From: Vicinamibacteria bacterium
GTDB taxonomy: Bacteria > Acidobacteriota > Vicinamibacteria > Marinacidobacterales > Marinacidobacteraceae
Direction: 5' to 3'
Length of the DNA: 64,000 nucleotides
Assembly (NCBI GenBank): GCA_963668695.2
Contig: CAXXLQ010000004.1
Location: forward strand, 1,728,001 to 1,792,000
Part shown: in pieces, positions 39,524 to 48,716 of the stretch
Layout of the letters: every line of letters starts with the position of its first letter
Position numbering within the stretch: the first letter of the stretch is position 1
Notes under the pieces: generated by a model
The model's input: only the letters and a program-made list of their open reading frames with translations
Databases searched by the model: none
What the model was told of the DNA's origin: nothing
Position numbers and translations under genes: made by a program

Positions 39524-42085
39524 ATGTATCGAAATCCTTACCGGCGCCTGGCGCTGATTCTCGCCGGCGCGATGGTTCTGGCTTCCGGAGCTGTGGCGCA
39601 GCCGGGGGGAACCACCTACCCGGCGTCGCAGCAGGGCGGGAACTACATGCACAACTTCTACTTCCCGCCGGCGCCGAGCTCGACCCCCTGGGCTCCCGAC
39701 TGGTCGCCGGACGGGGAGTGGATCGCGGTGGCGATGAGCGGGTCGATCTGGAAGGTCGAACCGAAAACGGGACGGGCCTGGGAACTCACCTACAACGAGA
39801 AGTACCACTCGCTGCCCGACATCTCCCCCGACGGGCAGTGGCTGGTTTACACGGCCGACGACGGAGGGACGACGATCCAGCTCGAGATCCTGAACCTGGA
39901 GACGGGTGAGAGCCACGCCCTCACCGACGACGATCAGATCTACGTGGACCCCGTTTTCTCCCCGGATGGCAGCCGGCTCGCCTACGTGTCCACGAAGCCG
40001 AACGGCAACTTCAACGTCTACGTGCGCGCGCTTGAAAACGGGCAGTGGGCGGGAGAAGAGGTCCCGATCACCAAGGACAACAACTACGGCAACAACCGGC
40101 TCTACTTCGGCCCCTGGGACATGGCGATCACCCCGACCTGGCTTCCGGGAAGCGGTGAACTCCTCGTCATCTCCAACCGCGGCGTGCCGCTCGGCTCCGG
40201 CAACGTGCTTCGAATTCCGGCCGAGGAAGACGGACTCCTGCAGGCGACGACGGTTCTTTCCGAGCAGACGCTCTACCGGACCCGGCCGGACGTTTCTCTG
40301 GACGGGAAGCGATTCATCTATTCGTCCACTGGCGGAACGTCGGATCAGTTCAGCAACCTCTATGTACAGCCGACGATCGGTGGCGAGCCCTACAAGATGA
40401 CCTTCCTGGATCACGACGCGTTCCACCCCCGCTTTTCGCCGGACGGCGAGTGGATCGCTTACATCTCGAACCGGGAGGGACTCCCCCAACTGGCGCTGCT
40501 GGAGACCTACGGCGGCGAGCAGATCACCGTGCACATCACCGATCGGCGCTGGCGGCGCCCGATGGGGGTGCTGTCGGTCCGGACCACGGTGGCGGGCTCG
40601 AACGAAACCACCGGCTCACGGGTGCACCTGACGGCGTCGGACGGCAAGTTGTACGCCCCCTCGGACGCGTATGCGCGGGCGAGCGGCGTGGACGACCCGA
40701 TGTTCCACCACCCGGGCGAGTTTCGGGTGGAACTCCCCGCCGGCGCCGTGAAGCTGGTGGTGGTGAAGGGCTTCGAGTTCTGGCCGGTAGAGGAGGAAGT
40801 CGAGATCGAGGCCGGAGAGGTACACCAACTCACGGTCGAGCTGCGGCCGATGACGGACATGGCGGCCAAGGGCTGGTACAGCGGTTCCACCCACGTCCAC
40901 ATGAACTACGCCGGGAACCTGCACAACACCCTTGAGAACCTGATGATGATGTCGGACGCCGAGGACCAGGACATCGTGCTGGAGCAGGTCGCCAACAAGG
41001 ACAACCGGATTCTCGACTACCAGCACTTCGTCCCCGGCGGCGGCGCGCATCCGCTGTCGACGGAGGACCGCGTGGTCGTCGTCGGCCAGGAGTACCGGCC
41101 ACCGTTTTACGGGCACGTGTTCATGTTCGGCCTGAGGGACCATCTGATCTCCCCCTTCACGACGGGCTACGAAGGCACCGCCATCGAGAGTCTGTATCCC
41201 AGCAATACGGACATGTTCCGGAAGGCGAAGGCGCAGGGCGCCACCGTCGGTTACGTGCACGCGTTCGGCGGCGAGGCGGATCCGCTCGAGGGGAGCCTGG
41301 GTGGCGCCAAGGGCTACATGGTCGATGCCGCGCTCGGGACGACGGACGCGGTGGAGTGGGCCCAGGCGAGCCGCGCGGGCTTTCATCCGTGGTACGCGAC
41401 GCTGAACAACGGTCTGACGGCCACCGCAGTCGGCGGGGAAGACTCGATCAGCAATCTCCAGCGGAGCAAGCTCGTCGGCTCGGTCCGGACCTACGTGTAT
41501 ACGGGTGGCAAGGGTCTGACGATGGAGGCGTGGCTCGAAGGGCTTCGCAACGGCAATGCGTTCGTCAGCACCGGGCCGCTGGTCGAGCTCACCGTGAACG
41601 GCCGGATCCCGGGCGAGACAGTGGAACTCGCCGCGAGCGGCACGGTCGAGCTCCAGGGAAGAGTGCGAAGCATCACCCCGCTCGACAAGGCCTACATCGT
41701 CTTCAATGGTGAAGTCGTCGAGGAGATTCCGTTTACCGGCGACCGCATGGAACTCGACCTGTCCAAGTCCTACCCGGTCAGCGGGAGCGGCTGGTTCCAC
41801 CTGCGCGTCGAAGGCAAGAACGAGGAGCGCTTTCCCCTGGACGCGAACTTCGCGCTCGGGTTCACCAACCCGGTCTGGGTGACGGTGGCGGGGCAACCGG
41901 TGCGCAACCGGGCCTCGGCCGAGTACTCCATCCGGTGGATCGACAAGCTCCGGGCGATGGCGGAGGAATGGCCCGGGTGGCGCTCGGACAAGGAGCGGGA
42001 GCACGTATTCGCGCAGTTCGACGAAGCCCGCCGGATCTATCAGGGTTTTCTCGATGAGGCCTCAGGCGGCGGGGGGTCCAACTGA
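39524..42085 (+). CDS. PD40/TolB-like propeller fused to a CehA/McbA-type PHP metallohydrolase
   Basis: Repeated (W/F)SPDG motifs; GWYSGSTHVH, GQEY, YVH, GGED. Confidence 0.8.
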   Translation: MYRNPYRRLALILAGAMVLASGAVAQPGGTTYPASQQGGNYMHNFYFPPAPSSTPWAPDWSPDGEWIAVAMSGSIWKVEPKTGRAWELTYNEKYHSLPDISPDGQWLVYTADDGGTTIQLEILNLETGESHALTDDDQIYVDPVFSPDGSRLAYVSTKPNGNFNVYVRALENGQWAGEEVPITKDNNYGNNRLYFGPWDMAITPTWLPGSGELLVISNRGVPLGSGNVLRIPAEEDGLLQATTVLSEQTLYRTRPDVSLDGKRFIYSSTGGTSDQFSNLYVQPTIGGEPYKMTFLDHDAFHPRFSPDGEWIAYISNREGLPQLALLETYGGEQITVHITDRRWRRPMGVLSVRTTVAGSNETTGSRVHLTASDGKLYAPSDAYARASGVDDPMFHHPGEFRVELPAGAVKLVVVKGFEFWPVEEEVEIEAGEVHQLTVELRPMTDMAAKGWYSGSTHVHMNYAGNLHNTLENLMMMSDAEDQDIVLEQVANKDNRILDYQHFVPGGGAHPLSTEDRVVVVGQEYRPPFYGHVFMFGLRDHLISPFTTGYEGTAIESLYPSNTDMFRKAKAQGATVGYVHAFGGEADPLEGSLGGAKGYMVDAALGTTDAVEWAQASRAGFHPWYATLNNGLTATAVGGEDSISNLQRSKLVGSVRTYVYTGGKGLTMEAWLEGLRNGNAFVSTGPLVELTVNGRIPGETVELAASGTVELQGRVRSITPLDKAYIVFNGEVVEEIPFTGDRMELDLSKSYPVSGSGWFHLRVEGKNEERFPLDANFALGFTNPVWVTVAGQPVRNRASAEYSIRWIDKLRAMAEEWPGWRSDKEREHVFAQFDEARRIYQGFLDEASGGGGSN

Positions 42086-42217
42086 GAGGGCTCCAACTGA
42101 CCTGACGGGCGCGCGGCGCCCTTCTCCGCACCTCGGCGGGGAAGGGCCCGCCGGCGGGTTGCTGTGTTTCGCCGTCCCCGACCAGGTCCGTGCAAATAGG
42201 AGTGATTAGGACGTGAG

Positions 42218-42305
42218 TTTCGCGGCCTGCGGCCGCGATGCTGGCCAGTTCTCCCGGTGGGGGCCTGAAGACCGGCGCTCCTGGCCGGAGGCTCGCGAAA
42301 CCCGC
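42218..42305. repeat. REP-like family B copy with 18-nt insert (42245-42262)
   Basis: Same filled allele as 19470, 54067 and 57911. Confidence 0.75.
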
Positions 42306-42386
42306 AGAGCGCTGCTCGCGTATACGACCCGCGACAGCGCCCGTCGGAGTGGTGTGTTATAACGACGATCTGTATATACAAACCTG

Positions 42387-42662
42387 ATGGAGTTCGAATG
42401 GGACGACACGAAGAATCGCGCCAACATCCGCAAGCGCGGTGTGAGCTTCGAAATCGCCCGGAGAGTCTTCGAGGGGTCCTATCTGACGCGCCTCGACGAG
42501 CGCAGGGACTACGGCGAGGCTCGTTACATCAGCGTTGGCGAGGTGGACGGGGTGGCGATCATTGTCGTCGCGCATGCGAAGCGCGGTGGGTGAATCCGGC
42601 TGATTTCCGCCCGTCCGGCGTCCCGAACGGAAAGACAGGCCTGGTATGAGCACCTTCGATAG
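42387..42662 (+). pseudogene. brnT: BrnT toxin with an in-frame TGA at 42591-42593
   Basis: MEFEWDDTKNRANIRK; the frame continues past the stop as IRLISARPASRTERQAWYEHLR*. Palindrome TGTATATACA at 42371-42380. Confidence 0.85.
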
Positions 42663-42921
42663 CGCACTCAACCCCGAACAGATCGGGGCCGTAAAGGATG
42701 AGGATCTCGATTTCAGTGAGATTCCCGAGCTTGACGAGACCTTCTGGCAGCAGGCGAGGCTCGTCGAACCAGACCGTACCGAGCAGATTTCACTCCGGAT
42801 CAGGCGCTCGGTGATTCAGTGGTTCAAGCGTCCGGGCAAGGGCTATCAGACACGGATCAACCGCGTGCTCGAAACCTACGTGCAGGCGCAGCGCGACGCG
42901 GAACGGCGAAGACTCAAGTAA
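42646..42921 (+). CDS. brnA: BrnA antitoxin
   Basis: DFSEIPEL, ISLRI...VIQWFK..GKGYQTRIN.VL. Confidence 0.88.
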   Translation: MSTFDSALNPEQIGAVKDEDLDFSEIPELDETFWQQARLVEPDRTEQISLRIRRSVIQWFKRPGKGYQTRINRVLETYVQAQRDAERRRLK

Positions 42922-42983
42922 CTCCGTTCCAGGCCATCACGGGGGTCGTTGGCCAGGCGGTGGCGCTGACGCGGCGCCGGACG

Positions 42984-43255
42984 TCAGCGGCTGAGCAGGA
43001 TCCGAACCCCGAGCGCGCCGAGGTCGATCCGGGTCTTGGCCCGCAGGTAGCGCGCGGTGACGGCTTCCGTGTTCAGGCAGAAGGCGAGCGCCGCGTAGAA
43101 CGAGAGTTCGATCAGCAGGTGATTGACGGCGATCACCAGACTGTTCGCAGCGCCCAGCCCGCCCGGGAAGATCGCAATGAGCACGGCCGCCGCGAAGAGA
43201 ACCGCCTTCGGATTGAAGAGGTTGATGAAGAGGCCCTGGCGGAAGGCGTGGCGTG
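42984..43255 (-). pseudogene. 3' half of a LysE-family translocator
   Basis: FRQGLFINLFNPKAVLF motif; no N-terminal half before the divergent dinB promoter. Confidence 0.7.
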
Positions 43256-43276
43256 CCGGTTCGGTACGCTGGCGGC

Positions 43277-43771
43277 ATGACGCACGAAGAACTGACCGTC
43301 CTGCTCGACTACCACTACTGGGCTCGCGACCGCCTGCTCGACGCGGTCGATCGACTCGGCGCCGAGGAGTTCCACCGGGACCTCGGGAACAGCTTCGGCT
43401 CCATCCGCGACACCCTCGTCCACCTCGTGTCGGCCGAGTGGATCTGGTGCTCGCGCTGGGAGGGGCAGGGGCCGGGTGCGCACCTGGCGGTGGAGGGCTT
43501 CGGCGCGGTCCCGGACATCCGGGCCCGCTGGAGCGAGGAAGAGCGGCGGGTGCGGGAGTTTGTGGCCCGGCTCGGTGCGGACGGGGTGGACGACGTGATC
43601 GAATACGCGCACGGCGGTCGCTCGCTGCGCGGGGTGTTCTGGCAGATGCTCCAGCACGTCGTGAACCACGCGAGCTATCACCGCGGGCAGGTGACGACGA
43701 TGCTGCGCCAGCTCGGGGCGGAGCCGCCGCCGAGTCAGGATCTGATCACGTTCTATCGGCGGCTCAACTGA
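43277..43771 (+). CDS. DinB/YfiT-family metalloprotein
   Basis: SIRDTLVHL, HVVNHASYHRGQ. Confidence 0.88.
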   Translation: MTHEELTVLLDYHYWARDRLLDAVDRLGAEEFHRDLGNSFGSIRDTLVHLVSAEWIWCSRWEGQGPGAHLAVEGFGAVPDIRARWSEEERRVREFVARLGADGVDDVIEYAHGGRSLRGVFWQMLQHVVNHASYHRGQVTTMLRQLGAEPPPSQDLITFYRRLN

Positions 43772-43808
43772 CCGGTAGTGCTCCTGGAAATCTGGGCCTT
43801 GCGGGGCG

Positions 43809-43879
43809 TCAAGATAGTGCTATCTTGAAGAACAATAACCAAAAATACGCTTAGAGAGTCAAAGATAGTGCTATGTTGA
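43809..43879 (+). promoter_or_regulatory. Tandem operators TCAAGATAGTGCTATCTTGA and CAAAGATAGTGCTATGTTGA
   Basis: Perfect 9-bp IR at 43809-43828 and a variant at 43860-43879 overlapping the -10 box. Confidence 0.65.
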
Positions 43880-43883
43880 TCTT

Positions 43884-45524
43884 GTGAGTCAACGCCTCTC
43901 TCTAAGCGAAATTCCGGATCAGCTGTCGGCCAAGGAATTCCGCAGGCTCTTCGGGCGCGTTGAGCACGAGACGCTTGACTTCAAGCGAGGTGTGCCCGGG
44001 GATCTCCTCGACACCATCTCGGCGATGGCAATGACACATGGCGGGCTAATCATCCATGGTGTGGACGATGCCAAGAACATCACAGGGTGTCCCCGGTCGC
44101 AAAACACATTGGACCGGATTAACCGGTTCGCCATGGAGTGCGGGGTCGAGGTTCAGGTGCGCGCCGTCCGGGTCGACGGGCTCGAACTGACCGTCACTGA
44201 GGTTCCTGAGGTTCGGGGACGAATCGTGACCACTCCCAACGGCCGGCTCCTCCGGCGGGTGGGCGGGGACAGCCAACCACTGCGTGGGGACGCCATGGTC
44301 CGTTTCGTCCGTGACCGTGCAGAACATCCTGGCGAAGAAGAGCAGGTGGCTGGGTTTGCGGACTCCGATGTTGATCTTGCGGCGCTTGGGCGGGTACTCG
44401 AGGCTGACGGGCGCGCGCCGGCGGCACGCGGACAGGCGCTTCGGGCTCTCGTTGATCTCGGTGTTGCGCTTCCTCGCGAGCCGTCGTCGGACCCGCACGT
44501 CTTGCGCGCTGCCGCTGTTTTGTTTGCCAAGGACCCGGCCAAATTCGTCCAAGGTGCGGTCGTACAACTAGTTCGTAGAGTAGGAACCGGTCCCGGTCCG
44601 GGACCTTCTATCCACCGGGAGGAGTATTCCGGACCGCTCAGCGACGTTGTAGACCGCTGCGAGAAGTTCGTGGCTCGCCACACGAATCGATACGAAGCGG
44701 TCACTGGTTCCCGTCGTGTGATCCTTCCGGAGTACCCCGCTGCCGCCGTGCGAGAGGCCATCCTCAACGCGCTAGCCCACCGCGACTATGGACTGCCAGG
44801 GGCGACCGTGGACATCACGGTCTGGGATGATCGCCTCGAAGTCCAAAGTCCCGGCCCGCTTCCCGGCCACATTACGGTCAAGAACATGCGGGAGGAGCAC
44901 TACAGTCGAAATCGCCGGATTATGCGAGTGCTGAAGACGATGGGGCTCGTCGAGGAATACGGCGAGGGAGTGGACCGGATGTTCGAGGAGATGGAATCTC
45001 GTCTGATGGAGCCGCCGATCTTCAATGCAACACCAAGCTCGGTCACGGTAACCCTGCGAAATCGGTTCCGGGTCAGGGTGGAAGACCAGATGTGGCTGTC
45101 CCTGCTCGGTCGCGCTGAGTTGACGGTAGCGGAACGCCACGTCTTGGTGGCCGTCCACCGGGAACGAAGTGCGAGCCCGCGGCGATTGCGATCAATGCTG
45201 CCGTGGTACGACATCAAAAGCACCATCCGTGGCGCTGTCGCCAAAGGCCTGCTGGTTCGCGTCGGCGAGCGAGGAGGCTCTCGTTACGAACTCTCCGATG
45301 AAGTCCTGCTTCGGGTGGGCAGCAGGGGCATCGAGGCGCACAGCCGCAAGCGCCAGTTGCTGCTTGACGCGATGGACTCTCGCGGGAGCATTTCCACCGT
45401 AGAAGGCGCGGCGATTTTGCGAGAGGGCGTCCCGGCGGTTCGACAGTTGCTACACGACCTCATCCGATCCGGATTGGTGCGTTCCAGAGGCCGAACCCGG
45501 GGCACCCGCTACTTCCGGACCTGA
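43884..45524 (+). CDS. AlbA_2 (Schlafen-like) + HATPase_c_4 + winged-helix protein
   Basis: EHETLDFK, AMAMTHGG.II.GVDD, REAILNALAHRDY, SPG.LP, RN..I, GEGVDRM, G.TRGTRY. Confidence 0.85.
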   Translation: MSQRLSLSEIPDQLSAKEFRRLFGRVEHETLDFKRGVPGDLLDTISAMAMTHGGLIIHGVDDAKNITGCPRSQNTLDRINRFAMECGVEVQVRAVRVDGLELTVTEVPEVRGRIVTTPNGRLLRRVGGDSQPLRGDAMVRFVRDRAEHPGEEEQVAGFADSDVDLAALGRVLEADGRAPAARGQALRALVDLGVALPREPSSDPHVLRAAAVLFAKDPAKFVQGAVVQLVRRVGTGPGPGPSIHREEYSGPLSDVVDRCEKFVARHTNRYEAVTGSRRVILPEYPAAAVREAILNALAHRDYGLPGATVDITVWDDRLEVQSPGPLPGHITVKNMREEHYSRNRRIMRVLKTMGLVEEYGEGVDRMFEEMESRLMEPPIFNATPSSVTVTLRNRFRVRVEDQMWLSLLGRAELTVAERHVLVAVHRERSASPRRLRSMLPWYDIKSTIRGAVAKGLLVRVGERGGSRYELSDEVLLRVGSRGIEAHSRKRQLLLDAMDSRGSISTVEGAAILREGVPAVRQLLHDLIRSGLVRSRGRTRGTRYFRT

Positions 45525-45849
45525 GCGGTCCGGGGTTGGGGGCGGCAGCAAAGTCGCCGCCGAACCGTTCAATGGACCCATGATAGTTCTATCTTGAGCG
45601 ATCTAAATCCGTTTTGTTCCATTTCAAGTCAAAGTGATGATGATCCAGCGATGGTCCAGTACGGTGTCTGATAGCGCCTGATTGGGCATTCTCGTCGTCG
45701 AACCGCCGATCAAACTGCATTTGTTCGAGGCGCGGTGAGGGCGATGAGCACCTCGCGTTTCGCTCCGGCGAGCGATTGACGCCGGAGTTCCCGCCGTCGC
45801 AAGACATACACCGGGTCAGCGCCCCCGCTATCGTTCGCGCCGCTTCAGC

Positions 45850-46773
45850 ATGGTGAACGATTCGGGCGCAGTGGACATGCGGTGGCGGCACCGCTTCACC
45901 GTCCTGACCGGCGCCGCGACGCTGCTCCTCATGGGCTGGGGCGCCTTCGTGACGAGCATCGAAGCGGGGCTGGCGGTTCCCGACTGGCCGTCGTCCTACG
46001 ACTCCTACGACCCGTTCAACCCCTGGCCGGGGTGGTGGCGGGTCACGCCGCTCCTGGCCGAACACGGCCACCGGTTGCTGGGCATGCTCACCGGCCTGCT
46101 CACCACCGTGCTGGCGATCTGGACCTGGTTCGCGGAGCGCCGGCGCTGGCTGCGGTGGCTCGCGCTCGGGGCGCTGGCCCTCGTGTCCTTCCAGGGCCTT
46201 CTGGGCGGACTCCGGGTCGTGTGGCTCTCGCTGGATCTGGCCGTGGTCCACGCCTCCGTCGCGCAGCTCTTCCTCGGCCTGGTCGTCGCGATGGCGCTCT
46301 TCACTTCGAGAGGGTGGTTGACGGCAAACGCCTTGACGGACGAAACCCGGGACGACCGCCTGTGGCGGCTCGCGCTCGCGGTCCCCGGCGCCGTCTGGCT
46401 CCAGATCATCCTCGGCGCCCTGCTCCGCCATCCGGGCACCGGCATCCATCCCGTGCTCGCGGGGTTCCACATCGGCGGGGCGATTCTCGTCGCGGTCGCG
46501 GTGGCGGCGTTCCTCTACCGGGTCTGGAACGACTTTCAGGAGGTGCGCGTGCTCTACCGAACCGCCTGGCTCCTCGCGATCCTGGTGGACGTCCAACTGA
46601 TTCTCGGGCTGACCGCCTACTTCGTCACTCTCGATGATGCCGGGATGCTCCAGCCGAGCAACCTGCAGGTGGGGGTGAACACCTCGCACGCGGTCATCGG
46701 CGCGCTGCTCATGGCCGGCTCCGTGCTTGCCGTTCTCGCCACCCACCGCTGGGGCCGGAGAGCCACGACGTGA
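45850..46773 (+). CDS. ctaA: Heme A synthase (COX15/CtaA)
   Basis: GLAVPDWP, EHGHR, QGLLGG, H.S.AQ. Start may be 45877. Confidence 0.88.
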   Translation: MVNDSGAVDMRWRHRFTVLTGAATLLLMGWGAFVTSIEAGLAVPDWPSSYDSYDPFNPWPGWWRVTPLLAEHGHRLLGMLTGLLTTVLAIWTWFAERRRWLRWLALGALALVSFQGLLGGLRVVWLSLDLAVVHASVAQLFLGLVVAMALFTSRGWLTANALTDETRDDRLWRLALAVPGAVWLQIILGALLRHPGTGIHPVLAGFHIGGAILVAVAVAAFLYRVWNDFQEVRVLYRTAWLLAILVDVQLILGLTAYFVTLDDAGMLQPSNLQVGVNTSHAVIGALLMAGSVLAVLATHRWGRRATT

Positions 46774-47639
46774 CCCTTACTCCCTACCTCGAACTCACGA
46801 AGCCCGAGATCGCGCTGGTCGTCGCACTGTCGTCGGCCGGAGGATTCCTGCTGGCGCCCGCGGAGTTCTTCGGCTGGGGCCGGCTCCTCCTCCTGCTCGT
46901 CGGCATCACGCTGGCCAGCGGCGGCGCCGGCGCCCTGAACCACTGGGTCGAACGGGATCACGATGCCGGCATGCGCCGGACGAGGGGGCGCCCGCTGCCG
47001 TCGGGACGCCTCTCACCACCGGCGGCGTTTGTCTGCGGAATCGGGCTCGCGGCGGCGGGTACCGGGGTGCTCACCCTGTTCGTCAACGCCCTGACCGGGG
47101 GGCTGACGCTCCTTACCGTCCTCCTCTACGTGTTCGTTTACACGCCCCTCAAGCGCCGTACCCACTGGAACACGCTGGTCGGGACGGTTCCGGGCGCGCT
47201 CCCGGCGCTTTGCGGCTGGACCGCGGCCACCGGGTCCGTCGGCTGGGGCGGCATCGCGATCTTCTCCATTCTCGCGGCCTGGCAGATGGCGCACTTCCTG
47301 CCGCTCGCCTGGATGTACCGCGAGGACTACGGGCAGGGGGGCTTCGTGATGCTCCCGGCGGTGGATCCCTCGGGACGCTCGACGGTGCGGCAGACCCTGT
47401 TCTTCACCGTGCTGCTCGCCGGCCTGAGCCTCTGGCCGGTCGCGCTGTCGCTGGTGGGATGGCCCTACTTCGTCGGCGCCGCCGCCCTCGCGGTCTGGTT
47501 CATGACCGCGGCCGCCGAGTTCTGCTGGAGCCGGGCGGTCCCCGACGCGCGGCGGGTGTTGCGGGTGTCCATCGGCTACGTACCGGCGCTGATCCTGGTG
47601 CTGGCGGTGGACCGGGTGGTGCTGGGCGGGCTTTTCTGA
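46770..47639 (+). CDS. ctaB: Protoheme IX farnesyltransferase
   Basis: YLELTKP, ERDHDAGMRRTRGRPLPSG, YTPLKR, WQ..HF..LAW.YREDY. Confidence 0.92.
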   Translation: MTLTPYLELTKPEIALVVALSSAGGFLLAPAEFFGWGRLLLLLVGITLASGGAGALNHWVERDHDAGMRRTRGRPLPSGRLSPPAAFVCGIGLAAAGTGVLTLFVNALTGGLTLLTVLLYVFVYTPLKRRTHWNTLVGTVPGALPALCGWTAATGSVGWGGIAIFSILAAWQMAHFLPLAWMYREDYGQGGFVMLPAVDPSGRSTVRQTLFFTVLLAGLSLWPVALSLVGWPYFVGAAALAVWFMTAAAEFCWSRAVPDARRVLRVSIGYVPALILVLAVDRVVLGGLF

Positions 47640-47664
47640 AGGGCCGTCCCCTCGCTCCAGAACC

Positions 47665-47697
47665 AGGCTGATTCAAGATTCAACCTTGAATCAGCCT
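47665..47697. other. AT-rich palindrome AGGCTGATTCAAG-N7-CTTGAATCAGCCT between convergent genes
   Basis: Perfect 13-bp IR; either a terminator or an orphan operator. Confidence 0.5.
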
Positions 47698-47744
47698 ACA
47701 AGCGCCGTGAGGGTGAGAGGCAGGGCGCCTTTCACCGCCCTGCG

Positions 47745-47940
47745 GGCAGTGGTGCCGACCTGGAGGTCGGCCCAGTTCTCCCGGTGGGGGCTCCCGTGCC
47801 TGCGCGCCATTCTGCGGAGCGGCACTGCGCCATCCCCGCCGGTGCGCCACCTGCTTCCGTAGCGATTTGCGGTTTCGCTGGCCTGCGGCGAGCGGTGCCG
47901 GTGTGAAGCCCCCACCGGGAGAACTGGCCGGCGCTCCCTG
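47745..47940. repeat. Two REP-like hairpins, each with an 18-nt insert at a different site and in opposite orientation
   Basis: Inserts at 47772-47789 and 47910-47927. Confidence 0.8.
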
Positions 47941-47942
47941 AC

Positions 47943-48677
47943 CTACGCCAGCTCCGCCGTCACCGCTTCCGCCATTTCGCCCAGGGTGAAGAAGGTGAAG
48001 TCGATCTTCGGCATCGCCTCCACCCGCGCGGTCGCGCCCCAGCTCCCGCCTTCCGAGAGCCGCTGGCGGTCGATCCAGGCGCTCGCGAGCCCGAACCGGT
48101 TCGCCGGGACGTGGTCGTGGTGGAGGCTCTGCGCGGTGTGGAGGACGTCGGACCGGTCGAGCCCGAAGTCGGACTTCAGATGCGCGAGCAGGTACCTGAA
48201 GTTCGCGTTCGCCGGCTTGTAGGAGCCGATGTCCTCGGCGGTGTAGCAGGCGTCGAACTCCACCCCGAGCTTCCCCGCCGACGCCGCGATGCCGGCCTGG
48301 TGCACGTTCGAGAGGATGACGAGCCGGAAGCGGCGCTTCAGGACTCCGAGCGCCGCGGCGCTGTCGGCAAATGCCGGCCAGTCCGGCACCGACTCGCCGA
48401 AGGCCGCATCCAGTGCGGGATCCGTCCTCAGGCCAAGACTCGCCGCGACGTCACTATGCACGCGGGCGAGGAGATCCGGGTAACGGAGCCCCGGCATGGC
48501 GCGCTCGCGCTCCCCCTCGAAGCGCGCGAAGGCGCGGAGCGCGTCGCCCGGGGGTACTCCCATGGCGCCGTTCTCCACCAGCAGCGGCTGGAACGCCCGC
48601 CAGATCCCGGCCTCCCAGTCGATCAGGGTGCCGTAGCAGTCGAAGGTCAGGACCCGGTAGTCGGTCAGACGCTTCAT
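47943..48677 (-). CDS. HAD-superfamily hydrolase (haloacid dehalogenase type II-like)
   Basis: TFDCYGTLIDWE, ILSNV, GSYKP, HTAQSLHHDHVPA. Confidence 0.88.
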   Translation of the reverse strand: MKRLTDYRVLTFDCYGTLIDWEAGIWRAFQPLLVENGAMGVPPGDALRAFARFEGERERAMPGLRYPDLLARVHSDVAASLGLRTDPALDAAFGESVPDWPAFADSAAALGVLKRRFRLVILSNVHQAGIAASAGKLGVEFDACYTAEDIGSYKPANANFRYLLAHLKSDFGLDRSDVLHTAQSLHHDHVPANRFGLASAWIDRQRLSEGGSWGATARVEAMPKIDFTFFTLGEMAEAVTAELA

Positions 48678-48716
48678 CTCGTCGGCCGGCGACCGTATCG
48701 GAAGTCCCACAGACTG

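Noticed and set aside
42591-42593. TGA recoding (selenocysteine or alternative genetic code) in brnT and at 17559
   Set aside because: Many genes here end in TGA, the position is not a Cys site, and a CGA-to-TGA nonsense change is simpler.
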